Part shown: one piece after another, positions 20,554 through 30,228 of the stretch
How positions within the stretch are numbered: position 1 is the stretch's first letter
How the letters are laid out: each line of letters starts with the position of its first letter
Source of the DNA: Candidatus Eiseniibacteriota bacterium
GTDB lineage: Bacteria > Eisenbacteria > RBG-16-71-46 > JABDJR01
Assembly (NCBI GenBank): GCA_963762255.1
Contig: CAVXKA010000002.1
Span: 320,001-384,000, forward strand
Direction: 5' to 3'
Length of the DNA: 64,000 bases
Notes under the pieces: generated by a model
Seen by the model: only the letters and a program-made list of their open reading frames with translations
Database searches by the model: none
Told to the model about the DNA's origin: nothing
Program-made: the position numbers and the translations under genes

Positions 20554-21883
20554 GGCGGACCGACGCCACCGGCGGGTTCGACCACCCGTCGTTACGGAGC
20601 CGCGCCTCCCCCGGCGCCATGTCGCGCATCGCCGCGTCCACGCGAGCCATCTCGTTGTCGAAACCGGGGCGATACCGGGCCGGGATCGGTTCCGCTTCTC
20701 CCCCCTTCAGAGCCAGGGGATTCACCCAGCGTCCGCTCTGCTGCACCCGGAAGTCGAGATGGGGACCTGTGGCGAGCCCGGAGGCGCCGACGTAGCCGAT
20801 CACCTGTCCCTGGCTGACGCGGGCGCCCGCCCTGATTCCCTTGGCGTAGCCGGAGAGATGGGCGTACTGGGTCACGTAGTCGGCGTTGTGCTTGATCTTC
20901 ACCAACCGGCCGTAGCCGCCGTGCCAGCCCGCATCGACCACGCGCCCGTTGCCGAGCGCCACCACCGGCGTGCCCGACGGCGCGGCGTAGTCGATCCCGA
21001 GGTGCGGGCGCGAGCGCTTGAGGATCGGGTGGAAACGGCTCTTGCTGAAGTAGGACGAGATGCGCCGAAAGTTGAGGGGGGACTTGAGGAAGAACTTGCG
21101 GATGGAGCGACCGCCGGGCTGGTAGTAGCCGGCCTCGTCATCTCCCGCGCCCCAGGCGTAGCGGTACACACGCAAGGGCGCGGCCGCCCCCTCCGGATGA
21201 TAGGCGCCGGCCAGGATCTTTCCGTAGCCCGCCCGCTCGCCCGCCACGACGCGCTCCTCCACGAGAAGCTCGAAGCGGTCGCCGTTGCGGGTATCGGTGA
21301 AGAAGTCGAAGTCCCAGGAGAACAGATCGGCGAATTCCACCACGAGGCCGGGGTCTCCGCCCACCGCGGTGAGCGATTCGTAGAGGTTTCCGGTGACCGG
21401 GCCGGCCAGCTTCCGCACGTAGACCTCGACCGGGGCGCGCTCCACGCGGGCCAGGAAGATGTCTTCGGACGCCTCCACGATCACCCGCTCCTCGAGGTTC
21501 TTCTGGTACTCGAGACGGCGCAACTCTCCCCCGCGGGCCCGGAAGAGGGTGATGCGGTCTTCGGGCCGGACGCGACGGAGATCGACGAGACCCCCGAGAC
21601 CGGCCAGAACAGCGCTCGTCCGCGGGCGATCCACGCCGGAGTCGAGGAGGGCGCCCTCGACGGTCTGGCCCCGCCGGATGTGGAGCTCCTCGACAGAGGC
21701 GAGAAGTTCCTCGGGCATCGGCCCGAGGGCCGCGCTCTGTAATGCCTCACGCGTCGTCTCGCGCAGGAGCGCCTCGATGCCGCCGGGCTCGCCGCGCGAC
21801 AAGAGAACAAGCGCCAGCACGGCCGCAGCCACGCTCAACCATGCGGCGCCGTGTCGTACACGGCGCAAGTGGATTCCGTTCAC
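20531..21883 (-). CDS. M23 family peptidoglycan endopeptidase (MepM-like)
   Basis: N-terminal TM, FLKSPL, HLGIDYAAP (HxxxD), YAHL, GLATGPHLDF (HxH position reads HLD). Confidence 0.9.
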   Translation of the reverse strand: MNGIHLRRVRHGAAWLSVAAAVLALVLLSRGEPGGIEALLRETTREALQSAALGPMPEELLASVEELHIRRGQTVEGALLDSGVDRPRTSAVLAGLGGLVDLRRVRPEDRITLFRARGGELRRLEYQKNLEERVIVEASEDIFLARVERAPVEVYVRKLAGPVTGNLYESLTAVGGDPGLVVEFADLFSWDFDFFTDTRNGDRFELLVEERVVAGERAGYGKILAGAYHPEGAAAPLRVYRYAWGAGDDEAGYYQPGGRSIRKFFLKSPLNFRRISSYFSKSRFHPILKRSRPHLGIDYAAPSGTPVVALGNGRVVDAGWHGGYGRLVKIKHNADYVTQYAHLSGYAKGIRAGARVSQGQVIGYVGASGLATGPHLDFRVQQSGRWVNPLALKGGEAEPIPARYRPGFDNEMARVDAAMRDMAPGEARLRNDGWSNPPVASVRLDTPKSS

Positions 21884-21956
21884 CGGTCTCTTCGCCCTCC
21901 TTGCTTCAAGCCCAGGACGGATAATCGTGTGACTCTAGGGACGCCCCGCCGGGCCG

Positions 21957-23350
21957 TCAAGAAGTTCGGCCCAACTCGCCCAGGAGCGCCAACAGTCGTT
22001 CGCGTTCGTTCAGCGCCGGGTCCTCCAGCACGCGCTCGAGCAGCGCGTTCAGCGCCCTCCCCACCTCCGGACCGGGCGCGATCCCGAGCGCGCGCATCAC
22101 ATCGTCGCCCTGCACCGCAAGATCCTGCACCGCGAGCGCTTCTCGGCGGGCCAGGACCGCCCCGATGCGCTCCCGCAATTCACCCAGCGTCCCGGCGTCG
22201 TCCGACGCCACTCCCCGGGCGGCGATGTCCGCCTCTCGCAGCAGGAACAGATCGTCCATGGCCTCGGTCCCCACCCGCCGCACGAACCGCCGCACCGCGC
22301 CGTCCGACCACTCCTGCGTGTAATGAAACATATGTTCGTCCACGAGATGGCTCACGAGATCGCGATCGGTTCGCGAGAACCGCAGCCGGTCGAGGATCTC
22401 TCCGGTCATCTCCGCCCCCACGCGCTGGTGGTTGTAGAAGGTCCCCTCGCCGTCCACCACCGCGCGCGTGCGCGGCTTGCCCGACGTCGTGGAGCAGCGC
22501 GGCGAGGCGCACCAACGGCCGCTCGGCCGGCACCGCATCCACCGCGCGCAGCGTGTGCTCGTACACGTCGTGGGCGTGGAAACGGTTCTGCGTCATGCCC
22601 ACTCCGGCCAGGAGCTCGGGGAGGATCCCGTCGAGGAGCCCGGTCCGGCGAAGGAGTTCGATCCCCACCGAAGGGCGGGGCGCGCCGAGGAGCTTCAACA
22701 GCTCGTCGCGCACGCGCTCGCGCGCCACCCGCGCCACGCCGTCCCGAGCCCGCTCTATCGCGGCCAGGGTCGCCTCCTCCACCGTGAACTCGAGCACGGC
22801 GGCGAAGCGGATCCCTCGCAAGGGGCGCAGTCCGTCCTCGCGGAAGCGGGCGTCGGGGTCCCCCACCGTGCGGATCACGCGGGCGGCGAGATCCTCGAGA
22901 CCCCCTTCCGGGTCGACGCAGCGTCGCGGTCTCCGGATCGAAGGCCATCGCGTTCACGGTGAAGTCGCGCCGGGCAAGGTCCTCGGCGAGCGAAGCGCCG
23001 AAGTCCACCCAGTCGGGGTGGCGACCGTCGGTGTAGGGCCCCTCGGTGCGATACGTGGTGATCTCCACCGGTCCCTCCGGAAGCGGCAGCGTGACGGTCC
23101 CGTGGCGGACCCCGGTGGGCACCGCCCGCGGCCACAATGCCATGACCGCCGAGGGCGCCGCCGAGGTGGCGACGTCCCAGTCCCCCGTCGTTCGTCCCAG
23201 AAGCAGATCGCGGATGCCGCCCCCCACGAGCCAGGCCTCATGGCCCTGCTCGCGCAACCGGCGCAGCACCGGAAGCGCGGGTTCGTAGAAGGCGCGGGCG
23301 ACCGCCGAAGTCAACTCGGGAGGCGCGGAGCCGGGGGGATCGTGTCGCAT
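21957..23350 (-). CDS. cca: CCA-adding tRNA nucleotidyltransferase with HD domain, indels about 22920 and 22480
   Basis: VGGGIRDLL, DWDVAT, RRDFTVNAMA, EDGLRPLRGIRF, HAHDVYEH, LLHDVG. Confidence 0.88.
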
Positions 23351-23615
23351 CAACCGCTTCAATCCTCCCTCGCGCGAGGGCGTCCGACGGCGTTCACGCG
23401 CGGGGCCTCCTCGGCGAAGTTATCGGAGGGGACGCGGCCGAGCACGAGACGCGCGACGCCTGGGGCCGCCTTTCCTGGGGCATATGCCGAGGGGATCCCG
23501 GGGATTTCGACCTCCCTCCGGGGCTTGTGCCCCGGCACCGGTGAGATGGTGGACGGGGAGAGCGCTTCCGCTCGGCCCGCGCCCGGGGCAAGCCTAGCCG
23601 CTTTCGCGGCCCAGG

Positions 23616-25001
23616 TCACGCGGCGGGGAGGAGCACGCGGTAGGTGTCGCCGCGTTCCGAAGCCGGGCCCACTTCGAGGCGGCCCTGATGCCGGTCCAGA
23701 ATGCGCAGAACGACGCTGAGGGCCGCGTCGTCGGGCTCCGCCGCCTCCGGTTCGCCGGCCTCGAACGCCGAGCCCGCGGCTCGCGCGGTCAAGATCTCGA
23801 TCCCCGCGGTGCGGCGGCGCTCGTCGGTGAAGGTGCGAATGTCGAGATTACGCGTCGCCGACGAGGACTGATCGGCCATGCGCCCGAACAGGGCCAGCAG
23901 CACCTGCTGCAGCTGTCCGGGGTCCATCGTGACGCGCGGCAAGTCGGGATCGGGGTTGAAGCGAAAATTGACTCCGCGGAAGCGGGTCTGGGGGCGGACG
24001 AAGTCCACCGTCTTCTCCACGAGTTCGTTCAGGCCGGCCGGAGCCTTGCGCACCTCGCGCCGCGAGAAGTCCATGAGCCCCTTGGCCAGGCCGGCCATCT
24101 GCGACGAGAGATCGTGGACTCGGCGGGCTTCGGTCACCAGACCGTCTTCGGTGGTCTCACCGAGGCTGCGCAGAAGAAGCTGTGCGCGTCCCGACACCGC
24201 GGCCAGGTAGTTGTTGAGTTCGTGCCCGATCTCGGCGGCCATCTCCCCCTTGGCGGCCCACCGCTCGTTCTGGATCAGGCGGGACTGCGCCGCCTCGAGT
24301 TCGATGTACCGGCGCGATCCGTCGCGCACGAAGAGGAGAGGCATCACGCAGAGGAGAAGGCCGCGATACCCGAGCACTTCGTAGCAGAAGAGGGCGAGAA
24401 TGAAGACGGTGACGAGCGCCCCCGAGGTGACCACTTCGGTTTCGCTCCCGAACACTTCGCGCCAGACCCTGAGGGGAGATGCTTCTCGAGTGCGAGCGGC
24501 CATCGCGGCGCGGTGGATCTGGCTGAGCGCGATGAAGGCCACACCCGCCAGCACGAGAACTGCGATCTCCGCCGGCTCGCGGAGAAAGCGCCCGGGGGAC
24601 CCGCCGCCGATCGTGTACCCGGGAAAGCCTGTGACCCGAAAGATGGCCACCGCCGCGAGCGAGGGTATCGCACAGCCGAGGCCGTAGACCGCGGCACGGC
24701 GCCATCCCGTCGCCCGCCAAAGCAGACCGCCGGCGAATGCGGCGACAGGGACAAGGACGAGCCCCCAGGGATACGGCACCGCGACCAGAGCGGTGAGCTG
24801 CGCGGCCGGCGCCATGGTGAGGAGAGTGACCTCGTCGCGCGCGGGGTGCCAGAGCACCTCGGCAAGAAGGCAGGCTACGAACCAGGTGATCAGCACCGCC
24901 ATGAGGGAACCGTGGGTGCGATCGGGAGCAAGCAGGAACGCGGCGAGGAGACCGATCAGGAGGGCGGTCTTGAGGTGCGCGTTCAGGGGTCTTGTGGGCA
25001 T
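23616..25001 (-). CDS. Membrane sensor histidine-kinase-like protein with intact H-box and degenerate ATPase domain
   Basis: Multi-TM N-terminus and GEMAAEIGHELNNYL. HATPase fold is traceable (DPGQLQQVL..ILDRHQGRLEV..GDTYRVLLP) but has no N, G1 or G2 boxes. ATG 25001 follows GGGAGAGAG. Confidence 0.8.
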   Translation of the reverse strand: MPTRPLNAHLKTALLIGLLAAFLLAPDRTHGSLMAVLITWFVACLLAEVLWHPARDEVTLLTMAPAAQLTALVAVPYPWGLVLVPVAAFAGGLLWRATGWRRAAVYGLGCAIPSLAAVAIFRVTGFPGYTIGGGSPGRFLREPAEIAVLVLAGVAFIALSQIHRAAMAARTREASPLRVWREVFGSETEVVTSGALVTVFILALFCYEVLGYRGLLLCVMPLLFVRDGSRRYIELEAAQSRLIQNERWAAKGEMAAEIGHELNNYLAAVSGRAQLLLRSLGETTEDGLVTEARRVHDLSSQMAGLAKGLMDFSRREVRKAPAGLNELVEKTVDFVRPQTRFRGVNFRFNPDPDLPRVTMDPGQLQQVLLALFGRMADQSSSATRNLDIRTFTDERRRTAGIEILTARAAGSAFEAGEPEAAEPDDAALSVVLRILDRHQGRLEVGPASERGDTYRVLLPAA

Positions 25002-25102
25002 CTCTCTCCCCGGAAATGCGTGGGACACGCGAGCTCTGTGGGACACACCTGTTTTCGGCCCAGGAGTTGGCTGACTGAAGCCACGCGCTCGGAGGGAGGC
25101 GG

Positions 25103-25134
25103 AAAACGAGAAGCCCGGGCAGTGTCCGGGCTTC
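25103..25134 (-). terminator. Intrinsic terminator downstream of the csp gene
   Basis: GAAGCCCGG-loop-CCGGGCTTC 9-bp stem followed by TCGTTTT. Confidence 0.65.
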
Positions 25135-25234
25135 CTGGAATCTACTTTAGATCGCTCTGCTTAATCATTGTAAAATAAGGGTATAACCTCCGGTTTCCGG
25201 GCGAAAATGCCCCCGGAAACAAATTGCGACGCAT

Positions 25235-25441
25235 TCAATCCCGCGGGTTCACTCGGCGGGCCAGAGGCCCTTCGGGGCCCTCATCCAGATCGAACACGAC
25301 CCGGGATCCCGGCCGAAGCGTGCGGTAGCCGGTCATGAGGATGTCCGAGTGATGCACGTACACATCGGGGCCGTCGCTTCGCTCGATGAAGCCGTACCCC
25401 TTGACCTCGTTGAACCATTTCACGGTGCCGATTCGCTCCAT
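25235..25441 (-). CDS. Cold-shock domain protein (68 aa)
   Basis: GTVKWFNEVKGYGFI (RNP1), DVYVHHS (RNP2). AAGGAGG RBS. Confidence 0.95.
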   Translation of the reverse strand: MERIGTVKWFNEVKGYGFIERSDGPDVYVHHSDILMTGYRTLRPGSRVVFDLDEGPEGPLARRVNPRD

Positions 25442-25514
25442 CAACGACCTCCTTGTCAAGGAAGGGCGCCCGGGGGCCGCGGCGGAGACAGGCAGGAGCC
25501 CGGTCCGCGGGCAC

Positions 25515-25534
25515 AAAAAAAGCCGCACGGCGGC
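25515..25534 (-). terminator. Terminator-like hairpin in the csp leader
   Basis: GCCGC-CGT-GCGGC followed by TTTTTTT. Confidence 0.6.
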
Positions 25535-25628
25535 GGCGGAGGGCTGAGGGGATTGAGAAACCAGGGTCTTTCCGGAAAAGGTCATGCGCACCTGACTCCG
25601 GGTTGATACCACACTGGACTCGCCCTTA

Positions 25629-25657
25629 AGGGTACTCCTCGCGAGAGGCCGGGTCAA
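25629..25657 (-). promoter_or_regulatory. sigma70-type promoter TTGACC-N17-TACCCT
   Basis: Hexamers with a 17-nt spacer in the oppF-csp intergenic region. Confidence 0.55.
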
Positions 25658-25728
25658 CGATTCCGAGCGACGGAGGCTGCAACCGGTGAAGCGACTTCGA
25701 TCGTGCCATGCCGTGAGAGCGTCCGGCG

Positions 25729-28149
25729 CTATCGATGCTCCGCCGCCACCAGATCCGATTGCCACACGGGAAGCTCCGGCACGCGATGGCACGCCACCCA
25801 GTGGCCGGACTCCACTTCCACCAGCACCTGCTCGCGCGAAGCGCACTCGGGGCGCGCCTCCGGACAGCGCGGATGGAAGCGGCAGCCCGACGGCGGGTTC
25901 GCCGGGCTCGGCACGTCGCCGGCGAGAATGACGCGACGGCGGCGCTGCTCCGGATCGGGCACGGGTACCGCCGAGAGCAGCGCGCGCGTGTAGGGGTGCA
26001 GCGGGTTGCGGTAGAGGTCGTCGCGCGCGGCCAACTCGACGATGCGCCCCAGGTACATGACCGCAACCCGATCGCTGATGTGCTCGACCACGTTGAGATC
26101 GTGGGCGATGAAAAGATACGTGAGATGGAGACGGTCCTGCAGATCCTTGAGAAGGTTTACGATCTGAGCCTGGATCGACACATCGAGAGCGCTCACCGGC
26201 TCGTCGCACACGATGAGCCGCGGCTCCACCGCCAGCGCCCGCGCGATACCGATCCGCTGGCGCTGCCCCCCCGAGAACTCATGCGGGTACCGGCGCGCGT
26301 GGAAAGGCGAGAGCCCCACCATCTCGAGCAACTCCCCCACCCGGCGCTCCGCGTCCCGCCCGCGAGCGAGGCCGTGGATGCCGAGCGCCTCCTTGAGCAT
26401 CCCCTCCACCGTCATGCGCGGGTTGAGGCTCGAGTAGGGGTCCTGGAAGATGATCTGGATTTCTTTGCGCATCGCGCGCAATTCCGATGTGGTGAGCCTC
26501 GCCAGATCCACTCCGCGGTAGCGAATCGAGCCCTCGGTGGGTTCCATGAGCCGCAGGATCATCCGACCGGTGGTCGTCTTCCCGCACCCCGACTCGCCCA
26601 CCAGCCCCAGGGTCTCGCCGTCGCGCACGACCAGGTCCACGCCATCCACCGCCCGCACCGCGCCCGCCGCGCGGTTCATGAACCCATGGCGGATCGGGAA
26701 GTGCTTGACCAGTCCCTCGACGACGAGAAGCTCCTGCTCTCCACCCTCGCGGAGCCTTCCGCGCTTCGCCGCGCGGTCGATCACACGCTGGGGAGTGAGG
26801 CGGGGTCGGCGAACCGTGTAGAACAGGTGAAACCCGATCCAGAGCGTCGCGCCGAGCGCGAGCGATCCGGGCACCGGCACGCCGGCCAGCACGAACACCG
26901 CGGCCGAGAGCGCGACCGAGCCCGCAACCAAGCCCCACGCCAGCGCCCCCTTCAGTTCCCGCGCCCACGCGTCCTTGAACACGCTGAAGCCGTACGCGCC
27001 GGCCAGCCCGAACAGCGCGAGCGCACCCAGCACGACCGCGACCGGCATCCCCTCGTCGCGGGCCTCGCGTCGCGCGCCTTTCCAGAGCGGCACGGCCAGG
27101 AGCGTCGAGGCGGCGAGCACGGTGAAGAGAACGGCGATCATGCGAAGCTCACCCCCTGCGCGCGCAGCTCCGGGAACCTCGCGCCAGCGATGGCAGCGCA
27201 CGTCATGGCCGGGGGCCACCGCCTCCAGCGCAGGCGCCTCCACCCGGCAGCGATCCTGGGCGAACGGGCAGCGGGGATGGAAGGCGCAGCCGGGAGGAAA
27301 GTCGGCGGGCGAGGGGACCGTGCCCGGAATGACATGAAGGCGTTCCCTGCGCTCCGTCATGCGAGGGATCGACTCCAGGAGCCCGATCGTATAGGGATGT
27401 CGCGGATCGCCGAAGAGCGAGCGCACCTCCGCGTACTCCACGACCTTCCCCGCGTACATCACCGCCACCCGGTGCGCGGTCTCCGCCACCACCCCGAGGT
27501 CGTGAGTGATGAGGAGGATGGCCATCCCCATCCGCTCCTGGAGCGTGCGCAAGAGATCCAGGATCTGCGCCTGGATCGTCACGTCGAGCGCGGTCGTCGG
27601 CTCGTCGGCGATGAGCACGGCCGGATTGCAGGAGAGCGCCATCGCGATCATGACGCGCTGGCGCATTCCCCCCGAGAGCTGGTGCGGGTACTCGTCCACG
27701 CGCTGCTCGGGCGAGGGAATCCCCACCTGGCCGAGCATCGCGATCGCGCGCGTGCGCGCCTCGCTCTTGCCCACCTTCTGATGCAGTCGGATCGCCTCCA
27801 TGATCTGATCGCCCGCCGTGTAGACCGGATTGAGCGCGGTCATCGGCTCCTGGAACACCATGGAGATCTCGTTGCCGCGCAGCCGGCGCATCTCGTCCTC
27901 GGGAAGATCGAGCAGATTCCGGCCGCGCAGGAGCACCTCTCCCCCGGCGATGCGCCCGGGCGGCGAGGGGATGAGCCGCAGGATGCTGAAGGCGGTCACG
28001 CTCTTTCCGCACCCCGACTCCCCCACGATCCCCAGCGTCTCCCCCTCGTTCACCGCGAACGACACCCCGTTCACCGCGGTCACGTCGCCGTCGTCGGTCT
28101 GGAAGATCGTGCGCAGGCCGCGCACCTCGAGGAGCGGCGCCGCGGTCAT
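25729..28149 (-). CDS. Oligopeptide/dipeptide ABC ATPases OppD + OppF in one ORF, joined by a ~4-TM hydrophobic segment (possible separate start at ATG 27141)
   Basis: Two GESGCGK Walker A motifs, LSGGMRQR and FSGGQRQR signatures, two C-terminal GCxFHPRC oligo_HPY domains. Confidence 0.88.
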   Translation of the reverse strand: MTAAPLLEVRGLRTIFQTDDGDVTAVNGVSFAVNEGETLGIVGESGCGKSVTAFSILRLIPSPPGRIAGGEVLLRGRNLLDLPEDEMRRLRGNEISMVFQEPMTALNPVYTAGDQIMEAIRLHQKVGKSEARTRAIAMLGQVGIPSPEQRVDEYPHQLSGGMRQRVMIAMALSCNPAVLIADEPTTALDVTIQAQILDLLRTLQERMGMAILLITHDLGVVAETAHRVAVMYAGKVVEYAEVRSLFGDPRHPYTIGLLESIPRMTERRERLHVIPGTVPSPADFPPGCAFHPRCPFAQDRCRVEAPALEAVAPGHDVRCHRWREVPGAARAGGELRMIAVLFTVLAASTLLAVPLWKGARREARDEGMPVAVVLGALALFGLAGAYGFSVFKDAWARELKGALAWGLVAGSVALSAAVFVLAGVPVPGSLALGATLWIGFHLFYTVRRPRLTPQRVIDRAAKRGRLREGGEQELLVVEGLVKHFPIRHGFMNRAAGAVRAVDGVDLVVRDGETLGLVGESGCGKTTTGRMILRLMEPTEGSIRYRGVDLARLTTSELRAMRKEIQIIFQDPYSSLNPRMTVEGMLKEALGIHGLARGRDAERRVGELLEMVGLSPFHARRYPHEFSGGQRQRIGIARALAVEPRLIVCDEPVSALDVSIQAQIVNLLKDLQDRLHLTYLFIAHDLNVVEHISDRVAVMYLGRIVELAARDDLYRNPLHPYTRALLSAVPVPDPEQRRRRVILAGDVPSPANPPSGCRFHPRCPEARPECASREQVLVEVESGHWVACHRVPELPVWQSDLVAAEHR

Positions 28150-29252
28150 GGCCTTCCCTCCGTGCGGCGCGGGTCGAGAGCGTCGCGGAGACCGTCTCCC
28201 AGGAAATTGAACGCGAGCACGGTCAGGAAGATGAACACCCCGGGGGCGAGGATCCACGGAAAGCTCGTGAGCACCCGCACGTTTTGCGCCTGTTGCAGCA
28301 TGTTCCCCCACGAGGCCACCGGTTCCTGAATGCCGGCCCCGAGAAACGAGAGCGCGACCTCGCCAAGAATGTACCCGGGCACGCTCAGGGTGGCGGCCAC
28401 GATCACGAACGAAGCCGTGTTGGGGAGGATATGACGGACGATCACCCGCAGCGAGGGCATTCCGAGGGCCTCCGCCGCGACCACGTACTCGTTCTCCCGC
28501 AGGGCCAGCACCATGCCGCGAATGATCCGCGCCAGGGAGGCCCAGAGGACCAGCGACAGAATGAGGATGATGATCAGGTAGACGAGATCCGAGCGCAGAT
28601 CGTCGGGGAACGCGGCCCGCAGCGCGAGGATGAGATAGAGCGCGGGAATCGACATGACGATCTCGGAGAAGCGCATCAACAGGTTGTCGACAAGACCCCG
28701 GTAGTACCCCGCGACACCTCCCAGGAGCATACCCAGCGCGTAGGTGATCAGGATCCCAAGGAGTCCCACCGAGAGCGAGATGCGCCCTCCATAGAGCAGG
28801 CGGCTGAACACGTCCCGCCCGAACTGGTCGGCGCCGAACACGTAGATCTTCTCCGGGGCATCGACCCCGAAGAGATGCCGGTCGGCAGGGATGAAGCCCA
28901 GGAGCTTGTAGGGCGCGCCGCGCGCGAAGAATCGGAGCGGAAGCCTGACCGTCTCGTCTTCGGCGTAGAGGGTACGCAGGGAATCGGAGAGATACGCTGC
29001 GTGGATGAAGGGCGTGGACAGGCGTCCGCCGGCGTCGCGCACGTGCACCGTCGTCGGCGGCTGGAAGAACCGCTCGCGATCCTGCGCCTCCATGGCGTAG
29101 GGGGCGAGGAACGGCGCGAAGAGCGCGGAGGCGTAGAACGCGAGCAGAACCGCTCCTCCCACCACCGCGAGCGGCGATCGGCGAAACTGGCGCCAGAAGA
29201 CCATCCAGGGACTGCGCGGGGCGCGGGCGGACGCGGGAAGTCGCTCGCTCAT
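28146..29252 (-). CDS. Peptide ABC transporter permease (OppC/DppC-like)
   Basis: [40 protein letters not shown]. Confidence 0.95.
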   Translation of the reverse strand: MSERLPASARAPRSPWMVFWRQFRRSPLAVVGGAVLLAFYASALFAPFLAPYAMEAQDRERFFQPPTTVHVRDAGGRLSTPFIHAAYLSDSLRTLYAEDETVRLPLRFFARGAPYKLLGFIPADRHLFGVDAPEKIYVFGADQFGRDVFSRLLYGGRISLSVGLLGILITYALGMLLGGVAGYYRGLVDNLLMRFSEIVMSIPALYLILALRAAFPDDLRSDLVYLIIILILSLVLWASLARIIRGMVLALRENEYVVAAEALGMPSLRVIVRHILPNTASFVIVAATLSVPGYILGEVALSFLGAGIQEPVASWGNMLQQAQNVRVLTSFPWILAPGVFIFLTVLAFNFLGDGLRDALDPRRTEGRP

Positions 29253-29253
29253 C

Positions 29254-30219
29254 TCACATCCGGATCCGCGGATCGGTGACGGCGAGCAGGATGTCCGCCA
29301 CCAGGTTCCCGAGGATGAGGAGGGTGGAGGCCATCATCACCGAGCCCATGATGAGATAGAGATCGCGCGTGACGAGGGCGTCGATGGTGATGCGTCCGAG
29401 CCCGGGCCAGGACATCACGACCTCGACCAGGAACGCGCCGGAAAGGAGCGTTCCCAGCGTGTAGCCGAAGAGCGTGATCAACGGGTTGATCGCGTTGCGC
29501 ACCGCGTGCTTCAAGATCACGGTGCGCTCGGGGAGCCCCTTCGCCCGCGCGGTGGTCACGTAGTCCGCGCGCAGCACGTCGAGCAAGTTCCCGCGCATCT
29601 GCCGCATGCGGCTCGCCAGCGGCACGGTGGCCAGCACGATCGACGGAAGCACGAGATGGTGGAGCACGTCGAGGATCTTCCCCACCGCCGAGAGTTCGTC
29701 GAAGTTGAGGCTGCGCATCCCCCCGGTGGGAAACCACCCCGTCTTGGCGGCCAGGAGGAGAAACAGGAGGGCCAGGAAGACCTCGGGGATCGAGATCCCC
29801 ACGAAGGCCGCGGTTCCCGAGAGCCGGTCGATCCACGTGCGCTGGCGCACCGCGGCGAGGATCCCGAGCGGAATCGCCAGCACCCAGGTGAGGAACGCGG
29901 CGCACGCGGCGAGGAGAAAGGTGTTGAAGAGCGCGGTCCCCAGCACCGCGAACACCGGTTGGTGCCGCGAGAACGACTCCCCGAAATCGCGGTGCAGGAA
30001 GATGTTCTTGAGCCAGAGGAGGTACTGCACGTGCCACGGCTGATCGAGTCCGAAGCGCGCGCGCATGGACGCGATGGTCTCCGGGCTTACCTGCGGGTTG
30101 AGCTCCATCAGCGAGAGAAAATCGCCGGGCGCGAGCTGCATGACGAGGAACGTGAGGAACGAGATCCCCAGGAGGACCGGGATGGTATGCAGCAGCCGCC
30201 GGAGAATGAGCCTCGTCAC
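29254..30219 (-). CDS. Peptide ABC transporter permease (OppB/DppB-like)
   Basis: GLDQP..QY..WL, DYVTTARAKGL, HAVRNA, WPGLG, DPRIR. Confidence 0.95.
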   Translation of the reverse strand: MTRLILRRLLHTIPVLLGISFLTFLVMQLAPGDFLSLMELNPQVSPETIASMRARFGLDQPWHVQYLLWLKNIFLHRDFGESFSRHQPVFAVLGTALFNTFLLAACAAFLTWVLAIPLGILAAVRQRTWIDRLSGTAAFVGISIPEVFLALLFLLLAAKTGWFPTGGMRSLNFDELSAVGKILDVLHHLVLPSIVLATVPLASRMRQMRGNLLDVLRADYVTTARAKGLPERTVILKHAVRNAINPLITLFGYTLGTLLSGAFLVEVVMSWPGLGRITIDALVTRDLYLIMGSVMMASTLLILGNLVADILLAVTDPRIRM

Positions 30220-30228
30220 GTTGCCCGG

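Noticed and set aside
17311-23350. Split argS, rsfS and cca as two-gene systems
   Set aside because: Each is a single gene broken by one or two indels; the halves join seamlessly.
23359-23619. 86-aa minus-strand ORF between the kinase and cca
   Set aside because: Low-complexity Pro/Ala/Arg composition typical of GC-rich non-coding frames; no motif.
25142-25168. 8-aa ORF MIKQSDLK upstream of the pseudo-kinase, as a second signalling peptide
   Set aside because: The nearest GGAGG is about 17 nt away, the ORF is very short and it lies before the terminator. No support for translation.
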